In this document: positions 19,765-28,386 of the stretch, piece after piece | Position numbering within the stretch: position 1 is the first letter of the stretch | Layout of the letters: each line of letters starts with the position of its first letter | NCBI GenBank assembly: GCA_003543115.1 | Contig: DPJH01000036.1 | Span: 9,182 to 73,181, forward strand | DNA length: 64,000 nucleotides | Reading direction: 5' to 3' | Origin: Candidatus Moraniibacteriota bacterium | Lineage (GTDB): Bacteria; Patescibacteriota; Minisyncoccia; Moranbacterales; UBA2206 | The notes under the pieces: model-generated | The model's database searches: none | Seen by the model: the letters and a program-made list of their open reading frames with translations, nothing else | Told to the model about the DNA's origin: nothing | Translations under genes and position numbers: made by a program

Positions 19765-20947
19765 TTTGAAAAACCTGGCTTACTTTACCATAATGGCAAT
19801 GCCATTATATATATTTAGATTTTCTATTTTAGGTGTGCCGACCAATGTTTTTGAAATATTGGCTATTGTTAGTATAAGTCTGTTTTTTATCCGTGTTGTG
19901 GGCTCCAAAATTAAGCTTGAAGGCTCTAAAACGTATCTTATGCCTATAATTATGGTATTGGCAGGATTGTTGATTTCCGCGCTCTATAATGACGCGCATC
20001 AAAGCGGCTTTGGCATAATAAAAAGCTGGTTTATAATACCTATTGTTTTTTCCTGGATTTCATTGCAGCTATCAGAAGACAGAAAAGATATTTTAAAGGC
20101 CATGCACGGTTCAGCTTTCTTGGTAGCTTGCTTGTCTTTGCTATATTTTATAGCAGGAGAAACAACTTTTGATGGGAGGTTGCAGGCTTTTTATAATTCT
20201 CCAAATTTTTTAGCGATGTTTCTCGCTCCATCTATCATGATTGGTGTTTTTTTATTGAAAGAGAATAAAAAGATTTATTCGATGACTCTCTCTGTGATGC
20301 TGGTTTCATTGTATTTGACTCAATCATACGCCTCTTGGATAGCTGTTTTCATAGCCATGATTCTTTTATTGTTTCTAAAAAAAGATTTATTAAAAAGGAA
20401 TTTTATATTAATCCTAATGCTCATTTTTATTCTATTCTTTTCCTTGCAAAAAGGAACAGACAAGCTTAATCGCTTTACTAATATGGAGGAAAGGTCTTCT
20501 GCGGCATCTCGAATGATGATTTGGTCATCAGCCATGAAAATAGGCTTGGATAATCCGGCAATAGGCATAGGGCCGGGTAATTTTCAGAATAAATACTTGG
20601 AATACCAAAAATATTTTCCGCCCTATCTTGAATGGGCGGTTCCTCAGCCGCACAATCTATTCTTAGCTTTTTGGCTGCAAGCAGGCGTTTTGGGGATTGT
20701 CGGTTTTTTATGGATTCTTTTTTTGTGGTTTAGGAAATTCATACAAAAAAATGAGAAGCAAAAAGAAGATTACATCTGTTTGGGAATAATAATTTATATC
20801 ATGGTTCACGGATTGTTTGATACGACCTATTTTAAAAATGATTTAGCTGTTATTTTTTGGCTTATAATTTTTTATTATGAAAAACATCTATCCCAAGGAG
20901 ATAGATGTGGAGAATATTTTAACAGGAAATGCAAAACTAAAGCCTGA
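19748..20947 (+). CDS. O-antigen ligase / Wzy_C family protein
   Basis: Multi-TM; SRMMIW, GIGPGNF, PHNLFL, HGLFDTTYFKND. Confidence 0.85.
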   Translation: MKEIFNLKNLAYFTIMAMPLYIFRFSILGVPTNVFEILAIVSISLFFIRVVGSKIKLEGSKTYLMPIIMVLAGLLISALYNDAHQSGFGIIKSWFIIPIVFSWISLQLSEDRKDILKAMHGSAFLVACLSLLYFIAGETTFDGRLQAFYNSPNFLAMFLAPSIMIGVFLLKENKKIYSMTLSVMLVSLYLTQSYASWIAVFIAMILLLFLKKDLLKRNFILILMLIFILFFSLQKGTDKLNRFTNMEERSSAASRMMIWSSAMKIGLDNPAIGIGPGNFQNKYLEYQKYFPPYLEWAVPQPHNLFLAFWLQAGVLGIVGFLWILFLWFRKFIQKNEKQKEDYICLGIIIYIMVHGLFDTTYFKNDLAVIFWLIIFYYEKHLSQGDRCGEYFNRKCKTKA

Positions 20948-22088
20948 TCCTATATAGCTTATCATCAATTTTATTCACAAAAAACAGATAGCTCTCATTG
21001 TAGCTAAGAAATAGGCCGGTGGCATCGTAAGTTGTTTTAAGTTCTTCCAGCGGAACTACGCGGGTTTTTTCTCCGGTTTTCAAATTAACTTTCCAAAAAG
21101 TGTCGTTGGTGGTAAAGGAACTATCAAGATAGTCATTAGGTAAGATATTTTTTTCTGAAATAGATCCAGGCAAGGCACAGAATACGAAGCTATTGTTTTT
21201 TGACCAAACACATTTGGAAACGAAAGTGGGCAGTCCGATGTTTTTATATTCTCCGCCTAGGCTGTTGGCAAAGCCTAGTTCCATTTTATGCCCACCCTTT
21301 TGGTCTACATTGCTTCGCAAAAACATGGTTCCGTCGCTGTTCCACAAATAATCAGCGCCAAAAACTCCGGATGACAGTACTTTGGTTTCTCCTCCCATAA
21401 TAGGGGTGGACTGGAATAGTGTTTCGGAAAAGGAGTCAGGCTTATTCCAAAAAGAAATAAAACCTGATTTTGGAACAGGAGCTATGCTAATGCTGTCTGA
21501 GGAAAAGGTAGTAATTTTATTCCAATTTTCTCCATTGGGATCAGAAATATTGATGGATTTCTCTTTATTTTTATTGTCGAAGTAGGTATAAATAATTTTT
21601 TTATTGCTTTGCCATGAGACAGCGCCGATGCTTTCATTGAGCCGAGAGGCTTTTTTGGTCAGATAGTCGAAGAAAGAAAATTTCGGATATCCGGCGCCGC
21701 TCGAAAATTTTGAAATGACCATTCCCTGGTTAGGAGACCAATAAACATCAAGAAGACCGATCAGATTGGCATCAGAAACAACCTTTTTTTCTAAAGTCAA
21801 GAGATCCAATTGATAAACCTTTCCGCTGGATTTGGAATAATATTTCATAGATTCATCGTTGTCTGAGAGTATGGGTGAAATAACGGATTCGTCGGTGATT
21901 TTTTGGATGCGTTCTTCGTTGCCGACAATGCTTGTTTTTTCGACTTGGGCATCATCGGATTTTTTACTGACAACAGCTTCTTTTTCCGGAGAGGGTTTTT
22001 TGAAGGAAAAAATATAGATTCCCCAAAACAAAAGAGTAATCAAGAGGATAGAGGATGATGTAATGAATATTTTTTTTGAGAGAAGCAT
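20937..22088 (-). CDS. Membrane-anchored beta-propeller-like protein
   Basis: N-terminal TM, repeated WSP/WQS/WNS/WSK blades; last gene of the T4SS-like locus. Confidence 0.6.
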   Translation of the reverse strand: MLLSKKIFITSSSILLITLLFWGIYIFSFKKPSPEKEAVVSKKSDDAQVEKTSIVGNEERIQKITDESVISPILSDNDESMKYYSKSSGKVYQLDLLTLEKKVVSDANLIGLLDVYWSPNQGMVISKFSSGAGYPKFSFFDYLTKKASRLNESIGAVSWQSNKKIIYTYFDNKNKEKSINISDPNGENWNKITTFSSDSISIAPVPKSGFISFWNKPDSFSETLFQSTPIMGGETKVLSSGVFGADYLWNSDGTMFLRSNVDQKGGHKMELGFANSLGGEYKNIGLPTFVSKCVWSKNNSFVFCALPGSISEKNILPNDYLDSSFTTNDTFWKVNLKTGEKTRVVPLEELKTTYDATGLFLSYNESYLFFVNKIDDKLYRIRL

Positions 22089-22105
22089 TTTTTTGTATTT
22101 TAAGC

Positions 22106-23185
22106 TTATTTAGCCAAACATTGTTTTTGGTAGTTTTGAACTTTCTGGACATAGTCCCGGGTTTCTTTATATCCTTGCTTGTTGGGGTTGTTTTTATGGA
22201 CACCTTCTCCTTCCACGCTTCCGTCAGCAAAATAAGGGCATTGCCACGCCGGCATGCTTTCAGGATATCCTGCTCGCCCCTTGCAGGCTTGAGATTCGGC
22301 AAACGGGCCAAGTTTTCCTTCACCAGCCTTTGCTCCTCCTCCGCCATTATAGGATGCGATTAAATCGTCATTTCCTGTATAATAACTGCCTCCATCCGGG
22401 AAAGTTACTTTTTCTGTGCCAGGAGTTGTTTGTTTGCTGGTTGGGAATTTTGTATATGAATTAAGCTGGGATTGGTTTGATTTGAGAAGCTCAGCGGCCT
22501 TTTTGATGCTTTTTTCCGGATCGCTTAACTCCGATGCGCTCATACCGGCGGTATCAGGCTTGATTTGCATGAGTCCATAAGCTCCTTTATTGCTGCCTCC
22601 TACATTAGAATTGCATCCGCTTTCCTGCATGGCAATTCCCTTAAGAAGGCATTGGGTTTCTTTATCCGGAGCAGCTGAATTAAATTGTGAATCATATTTA
22701 TCGCATGCTGGAGAAAGAGATCCTAGTTTGACAGGAGTGCCGGTTGTCGGAGGGGTCTCACCAGGCTTAGTTGGTGTTGTTGGTGCTCCTCCTCCCGTTG
22801 CCGCTCCTCCGCCCTTGGTTCCGCAAATGCCATTTATTTGGGTGAGATCCGGATTGATTTCATACAGAATGAGATAGGAAAAAAAAGCGAGCAACAATCC
22901 TACGATAGCATCAAAAATCACTCCTTTGGCTTTTCCCATGCTGGCATTGTTTCCGGCTGACATGATATACATATAGCCTCCGATTATGATCATAAACATA
23001 GCGCAAATACCGATCACCCAAATCCCGAATTTGTAAACAGCAGAAATATAGTTGCAAAAATTTCCATCAGTCGTAACTCCCGGAATTTTTTCCATGGGAG
23101 TATAATCAAAAGAAGCTAAAACATCCAAAGCAGGCATTGCGATGAAGAGAAGAGCAAAAAAAGGAAGAAGAAATTTTTTAAGCAT
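22106..23185 (-). CDS. VirB2/TrbC-like pilin fused to an SLT lytic transglycosylase
   Basis: Signal peptide; two-TM pilin (MIIIGGYMYIMSAGN...AKGVIFDAIVGLLL...INPDL); IAMQESG, GLMQI, ASYNGG, ETRDYV. Confidence 0.8.
   Translation of the reverse strand: MLKKFLLPFFALLFIAMPALDVLASFDYTPMEKIPGVTTDGNFCNYISAVYKFGIWVIGICAMFMIIIGGYMYIMSAGNNASMGKAKGVIFDAIVGLLLAFFSYLILYEINPDLTQINGICGTKGGGAATGGGAPTTPTKPGETPPTTGTPVKLGSLSPACDKYDSQFNSAAPDKETQCLLKGIAMQESGCNSNVGGSNKGAYGLMQIKPDTAGMSASELSDPEKSIKKAAELLKSNQSQLNSYTKFPTSKQTTPGTEKVTFPDGGSYYTGNDDLIASYNGGGGAKAGEGKLGPFAESQACKGRAGYPESMPAWQCPYFADGSVEGEGVHKNNPNKQGYKETRDYVQKVQNYQKQCLAK
22789..23185 (-). repeat. Direct repeat copy 1 (397 bp), identical to 23934-24330
   Basis: Base-by-base comparison found no mismatch; offset 1145 bp. 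Confidence 0.9.
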
Positions 23186-23214
23186 AAAAACAGTGCGGTT
23201 AAAACATTTACATT

Positions 23215-24330
23215 TTATTTACAATTATAACATACATCCCAATGATTACCTTCTCTTGCATAAGTGTTTCCAGACGGATCTTTATATAAAGTTGCGCCAT
23301 CGCTACGTGTGCCAGTTTTTTTATAGTTTGTCTGGATATAGTTATTGACTACCGGAGTATCATCGATATCAATTTTATATCCATTCGCATGCGAATAATT
23401 TCCACTTGCGTGTGGGCTGCTTTCTGCTCCTCCGGTAATGACAATTGGTGCGCCAACTTCTTTTTGGAAAGCAATGATGCTGTTAATTGAAGTATCTTTG
23501 AGTCCGCTTATTTTAGTTGCGCCAGGACTTGATTCCCATACGCTGATTTGCCCGTTACTTCTATTTGTTAAATCAGTTCTTGAAGTTGTTTCCGAGGCTG
23601 GGGAGCTTTCAGGACAGGGCTCATTGGTTATAGGATTGCCCCCCTCACATCCATCGGGAGACCTAGAGGTTATGAGTCTTGAGTGTGTGGTGCTTCCGGG
23701 CGTGCACAATGTCCAGGGTGAATATTCAAATTCAGTGCAGGTGTTTCCATTATTGCAAGTCCTGCTGGTAGCTTCTGGTGCTTTGCCGGTGCACCCGATA
23801 GGCAGTCCGGTAGCGGTCCTTGTTTGAGTTTCACTGCCTGTACACTGATCCGGTTCCCAGGATGAATAAGTAAAAGCACTGCATTCCTTGCCTTCTCCAT
23901 AAGGCTTTTCTGTTTCAGTCTTTGTCGTCTCCTCTCCTCCCGTTGCCGCTCCTCCGCCCTTGGTTCCGCAAATGCCATTTATTTGGGTGAGATCCGGATT
24001 GATTTCATACAGAATGAGATAGGAAAAAAAAGCGAGCAACAATCCTACGATAGCATCAAAAATCACTCCTTTGGCTTTTCCCATGCTGGCATTGTTTCCG
24101 GCTGACATGATATACATATAGCCTCCGATTATGATCATAAACATAGCGCAAATACCGATCACCCAAATCCCGAATTTGTAAACAGCAGAAATATAGTTGC
24201 AAAAATTTCCATCAGTCGTAACTCCCGGAATTTTTTCCATGGGAGTATAATCAAAAGAAGCTAAAACATCCAAAGCAGGCATTGCGATGAAGAGAAGAGC
24301 AAAAAAAGGAAGAAGAAATTTTTTAAGCAT
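23215..24330 (-). CDS. VirB2/TrbC-like pilin fused to two Cys-rich TSP1-like repeats and an M15/LAS-like metallopeptidase domain
   Basis: Same first 132 aa as the neighbour; C..F.YS.W..C...R repeats; SHANGYKID (H-x6-D) and EGNHWDV. Confidence 0.7.
   Translation of the reverse strand: MLKKFLLPFFALLFIAMPALDVLASFDYTPMEKIPGVTTDGNFCNYISAVYKFGIWVIGICAMFMIIIGGYMYIMSAGNNASMGKAKGVIFDAIVGLLLAFFSYLILYEINPDLTQINGICGTKGGGAATGGEETTKTETEKPYGEGKECSAFTYSSWEPDQCTGSETQTRTATGLPIGCTGKAPEATSRTCNNGNTCTEFEYSPWTLCTPGSTTHSRLITSRSPDGCEGGNPITNEPCPESSPASETTSRTDLTNRSNGQISVWESSPGATKISGLKDTSINSIIAFQKEVGAPIVITGGAESSPHASGNYSHANGYKIDIDDTPVVNNYIQTNYKKTGTRSDGATLYKDPSGNTYAREGNHWDVCYNCK
23934..24330 (-). repeat. Direct repeat copy 2 (397 bp)
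   Basis: Identical to 22789-23185. Confidence 0.9.
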
Positions 24331-24338
24331 AAGTTTTT

Positions 24339-27167
24339 CTAATATTCTTTTCTTTCCGGAGAGATGCTGAGGATGAGGCTGCTTGAGAATATGATCAGAG
24401 CAAAGGTTACAATTATTTTAAAAAGGAAGCTTATATATCCAGGCAGGCCTGAGAAAAGGCTGGCTAAAATTTTATTTTCATCTTTTTTCTGATAAGTGAT
24501 TTTTTTCTCTCCATTTATATTATCCGATACTATTACTTTGATTGTTTTAACGATGTCATTTTCCGAAAGGTTTGATCTTGAGATGTTCCATTTGTCATAT
24601 AAGGCTTTTTTTGTGGCTTCGTCTTGTTTGTGCGAAGTGGTGCTAGTTATGGTATAGGAAGCTCCCAGTTGTTTGGTTACGGGAAGATTAAGCGTATTCC
24701 CTCCATCGCTTACGAACGCTTCAATGCTGGAGTTGTTAGTATTTATTATTTCCTCTCCATCTACAGTCCAAGTGGTTGTTCCAAGAGAAGCGGTATTGTT
24801 AGGCGCTTGTAATTTTACCGTAGAGCCTGCTACTGCTTGAAAGAAATCTTTGCTGTAATCATCCCATTGAAGACCTTTGTCCTTATCCACAAATTGTCCC
24901 ATAAGAACAGGCGAAAGATTATTGGGATCGGTAGATTTTATATTGGCAGTTGGCTCGGAGATTGAAAAAGAACGGGTAAGGGTGATTTTTTCGGCAGAAT
25001 CCTTGCCGGCAATATCTAATTTGAGCACATAAGCTTTTCCTATTTCCTCGGTAATAGGAAAATAAATAAGATTATTGTCAGAATTTTCAGGAGAGAGCCT
25101 TTCTCCGTCCAGTGTCCAAGAAAAATTAAATTTGGAAGGATTATATTGTTCAGTTGGAATTCTGGCGGAAATAATTTCATCCGGAGTAACGGGGCATATG
25201 AATTTTTCTGACTCAGCGGTGCATCTTTCTTTTTCTTCATGGGTTAATTTTCCGGTAGCGGCATCAGCCTTAGCGGAATGGACCTTAATTTCTCCTTTGG
25301 AATTTTGAACGGTTATGATCGTAGTTTCTAATCCTTCCTTGGTAACATCAGTTGAAGAATTTTCTTTGGTTTTCAGCGTGGCTCTGACATAAAAAGCACT
25401 GGCATTTTCTGAAATTCCTTTAGCGGCCAAAACCTCTTTCTTAATGGAATCCAGGGGAATGTTCAGTTCTCTCAGTCCGATTCCTTCGAGAGGAAAATTT
25501 CCTCCCAGATCGGTCTGGGTCAAAGAGCGCCAATTGGAAGAATCGGGAGATTCAGCGATAGCCAACTCCCATTTATAATAGGTAAAGCCGCTATCTTCAT
25601 TGTTGGTGGTGTTAGATCGAATGGCAACAGTATCTGAATTTGCTCCTCCGGTGGACGAATCATATTGGGGTTTTGAATTGCTGACAGACAGGTTGTTGTT
25701 TATTTTTTTATAATCCCTTCCAGCGGTTGGTTCAACAAAAGCATCGTCAAGAGATTCATTGATAGATTCTATGGTTGGTTTTTCCGGTTCCTCCTCCCCT
25801 TCTTCCAATTTAGTTTCTGAAGTTTTGCATTCTTGTCCTTCTTCGCCATTATCATCAAAATTAACGCAGACCTCGCAACCTTCGGGATAACTTTTGTCTA
25901 TAAGAATGACTAGATTGGAAGATTCTTCAGCTTTCCATTTGAAAGCAGGGTTGGACTCTTCATATTTTCCAGGTATTCCGGGATTAGCAAATGCTTTGGT
26001 GGTGTTTTCCGAAGAACAGGATATTTGAACGTTGCAATCTCCATCTTTTCCTCCGCAATACGCATCACCTTTTTTATTAAAATGGAAATACCAGTCTCCA
26101 TTTTCTTTTCCATTTCCCATGGTTTTTATAATATCCGGGTTGTTGGAAATAGCCCACATAGTCTTGAAGGAAGAGTCTTTGGTTGAGGTCGAGCCGGTGG
26201 AAATTCCTTCCACTGCCACTCCTATTTTGTCGCCGGGAGAATAGATCCATTTGAATTCCATTTTTCCAAGGCCGGCTACGCTGGCTTCATCCATCACTCC
26301 GCTGCTGGAAGTATCATTGGAATTGGGATCGGTTCTCCAAAAAGATTCTTCTTTGGCTCCGAAATGTCCATCGCCCACTTTCTCATCTTTGAGTCCCGGA
26401 AAAGAGCTGACATCGGGAAAAAGATGTTCACAGCTTTCCATTTCAATGTCCTCTCCCGTCTCTACGTTACGGGCAAAACAATAACTGTTTTTTCCTACCT
26501 GGTCATCTCCTCCGAAAACAGCCAAATATTCGTCGGAATCGTTATTGTTGCCAGATTCACCTTCATATTGATTGGGCAAGGAACAGTGATCAGGCGGATA
26601 TTCGCTTGTACAGTTCGGATCATCTTTGCCAAGAATTTTTTGCCATTCAAAATTCCCCGAAGCGATGATTCGCATAGCTTCAATTTTATAGTCTTCTATA
26701 TCCGTTTCCCCGTCTTTGTTATAATCGCATGATCCGGGCTCTTCTTCGCAACGAGCTCGTTTTAGGAACCATGTAAAATACATATCATTGGGCTTGTTGC
26801 GAAAAAGGGACGTTTCAGCTATAGCGGTCAATTCTTTTCCGGGAATCGGATTGGTCGGAACGAATTGTACATTTACTTGCGGAGCATCTGTTTTGTAACT
26901 CATGTAATTTACTTGGGAAGTCGCCTTTAGAAGCTCTTCTTTTTCCATGCCGAAATCTTCCAAAATCTGAGTGATAATTTTTTTAACACCTGGATCAGCT
27001 TTGATCAATCCGGCAGAGGAAAAAATTCCCGCTTGTCCAAAAATAGAACTGAGAACGTCTCCTTCGGAAGTGTCTGAAGAATCAGCTTTGGATATAAAAG
27101 GAATATTAAGGCCGAGAATTAACGACAAAATCAAGATAAAACAGGATGTCTTTTGAAAAAAATGCAT
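24339..27167 (-). CDS. Large exported surface protein with Ig/PKD-like segments and a C-terminal TM anchor
   Basis: Signal peptide; Ca-binding-like DYNKDGETDIED; FSWTLDG/TTWTVDG strands; hydrophobic tail then ERKEY. Confidence 0.6.
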   Translation of the reverse strand: MHFFQKTSCFILILSLILGLNIPFISKADSSDTSEGDVLSSIFGQAGIFSSAGLIKADPGVKKIITQILEDFGMEKEELLKATSQVNYMSYKTDAPQVNVQFVPTNPIPGKELTAIAETSLFRNKPNDMYFTWFLKRARCEEEPGSCDYNKDGETDIEDYKIEAMRIIASGNFEWQKILGKDDPNCTSEYPPDHCSLPNQYEGESGNNNDSDEYLAVFGGDDQVGKNSYCFARNVETGEDIEMESCEHLFPDVSSFPGLKDEKVGDGHFGAKEESFWRTDPNSNDTSSSGVMDEASVAGLGKMEFKWIYSPGDKIGVAVEGISTGSTSTKDSSFKTMWAISNNPDIIKTMGNGKENGDWYFHFNKKGDAYCGGKDGDCNVQISCSSENTTKAFANPGIPGKYEESNPAFKWKAEESSNLVILIDKSYPEGCEVCVNFDDNGEEGQECKTSETKLEEGEEEPEKPTIESINESLDDAFVEPTAGRDYKKINNNLSVSNSKPQYDSSTGGANSDTVAIRSNTTNNEDSGFTYYKWELAIAESPDSSNWRSLTQTDLGGNFPLEGIGLRELNIPLDSIKKEVLAAKGISENASAFYVRATLKTKENSSTDVTKEGLETTIITVQNSKGEIKVHSAKADAATGKLTHEEKERCTAESEKFICPVTPDEIISARIPTEQYNPSKFNFSWTLDGERLSPENSDNNLIYFPITEEIGKAYVLKLDIAGKDSAEKITLTRSFSISEPTANIKSTDPNNLSPVLMGQFVDKDKGLQWDDYSKDFFQAVAGSTVKLQAPNNTASLGTTTWTVDGEEIINTNNSSIEAFVSDGGNTLNLPVTKQLGASYTITSTTSHKQDEATKKALYDKWNISRSNLSENDIVKTIKVIVSDNINGEKKITYQKKDENKILASLFSGLPGYISFLFKIIVTFALIIFSSSLILSISPERKEY

Positions 27168-27183
27168 AAAATTTAAAAAATAA

Positions 27184-27843
27184 TTACCTTACTAATTCTA
27201 TAATATAAAGGTCTAAAAACAAAATAAAAACAATCCCGGAAAAACAGGAGAAAAGAAACGAACGGCTGTAATAGGAGGCTATTCCTCCGGTTAGGGAAAA
27301 AATAATAAGAGGCGTATATTGCCAGGTCAGTTTTTCGATGAAAAATAGAAAAGAGATGAAGAGAATAAATTGGAAAAAGGGAGCCCAAAAGCCAAATTTT
27401 TTTTCTAAGGTTGTTTGCAAGAAACCGTGAAAAAAAAAGCTTAGAACAAACAAAATAATTCCGATAACGATCAATTCATAAAAAACAAATGCCCAAAAGT
27501 GATTAATGATAAAAATCGGCACTACATATTTTTCTTCTAAATTAAAAAAATAAAAAAGAATAACAGCAATAAAAAAAGAAAACAAGAGCATCAGAGAGGC
27601 CCCAAAAATACCTTTTTTTCTTTCAGAAAAATTTAATCCAAAATCACATAGGTTTTTTTGCAGCACTAGTTTGATAAATAAAGCTGGAAGAAGGACCAGG
27701 AAAAAAGCGATGCGAGAGATGAGTTGCAAGGCGCCCTTAGCAGGAAATGAGATTGCCAAAAATAGGCACGCAAAAGCCACTAGGAAGGTGATTATTTCCC
27801 TTTTCCAATTATGGAGAAAATTAAATATTTTTTGCATATCCAT
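27184..27843 (-). CDS. CPBP (Abi/CAAX)-like membrane protein, catalytic residues apparently degenerate
   Basis: DFGL motif, multi-TM, FFFHGFLQ in place of EExxFRG, YYSRSF. Confidence 0.5.
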   Translation of the reverse strand: MDMQKIFNFLHNWKREIITFLVAFACLFLAISFPAKGALQLISRIAFFLVLLPALFIKLVLQKNLCDFGLNFSERKKGIFGASLMLLFSFFIAVILFYFFNLEEKYVVPIFIINHFWAFVFYELIVIGIILFVLSFFFHGFLQTTLEKKFGFWAPFFQFILFISFLFFIEKLTWQYTPLIIFSLTGGIASYYSRSFLFSCFSGIVFILFLDLYIIELVR

Positions 27844-27871
27844 ACTAAATTTTTTTAGAATTTTTCTGCAG

Positions 27872-28363
27872 CTATTTTTTATTTCCTTGCTCGGCTTTTT
27901 TTCTTTCAGCGAGAGTCATTACGAATGCAACGACAACTAAAACAGTTTCCAGGGGAAGCATTCCTACAGCGGGAATCATTTCGGTAATCGCCGTGCCGAT
28001 CAAAAGAAGGGTTCTTTTGATAATGCTGCGGGCCATTTTTACTTTTCCGGTAGAGCCGGTGATAACCATAATCAGGAAGATGAAAACCGAGATAAAAAAA
28101 GTAAAGATAATGGTTAGAATTTCTCCAATTCCAAAAACGGCGATAAGGACGGTATTGATAATATCCAGCAGATCTTTAAGCATGGCTAGGATAAGCGCAA
28201 TGCCAAACAGCCAATCAATAAAAGGATCGATATATGCGAAAAGCGAAACTGATTTAATGGCAGCGGACGCCCTTTTTCCCCCTTTACTGATAGAATCCTT
28301 AAAAGATCTTTTTTGAACCAGCCTAAGGTTAGAAGCGTAGCTTGAATAAGTTTCTCCTGGCAT
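27872..28363 (-). CDS. Hypothetical membrane protein
   Basis: About three hydrophobic segments; EMIPAVGMLP re-entrant-like motif; co-oriented in the operon. Confidence 0.6.
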   Translation of the reverse strand: MPGETYSSYASNLRLVQKRSFKDSISKGGKRASAAIKSVSLFAYIDPFIDWLFGIALILAMLKDLLDIINTVLIAVFGIGEILTIIFTFFISVFIFLIMVITGSTGKVKMARSIIKRTLLLIGTAITEMIPAVGMLPLETVLVVVAFVMTLAERKKAEQGNKK

Positions 28364-28386
28364 ACTGATTATATGTTAATCATTTT

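Noticed and set aside
21964-22347. 127-aa alternative-frame ORF
   Set aside because: Overlaps two well-supported same-strand genes and has no recognisable motif
22789-24330. 397-bp repeat as a DGR template/variable pair
   Set aside because: No adenine-specific mismatches, the repeat is at the 5' ends of the genes, and no reverse transcriptase is in the window
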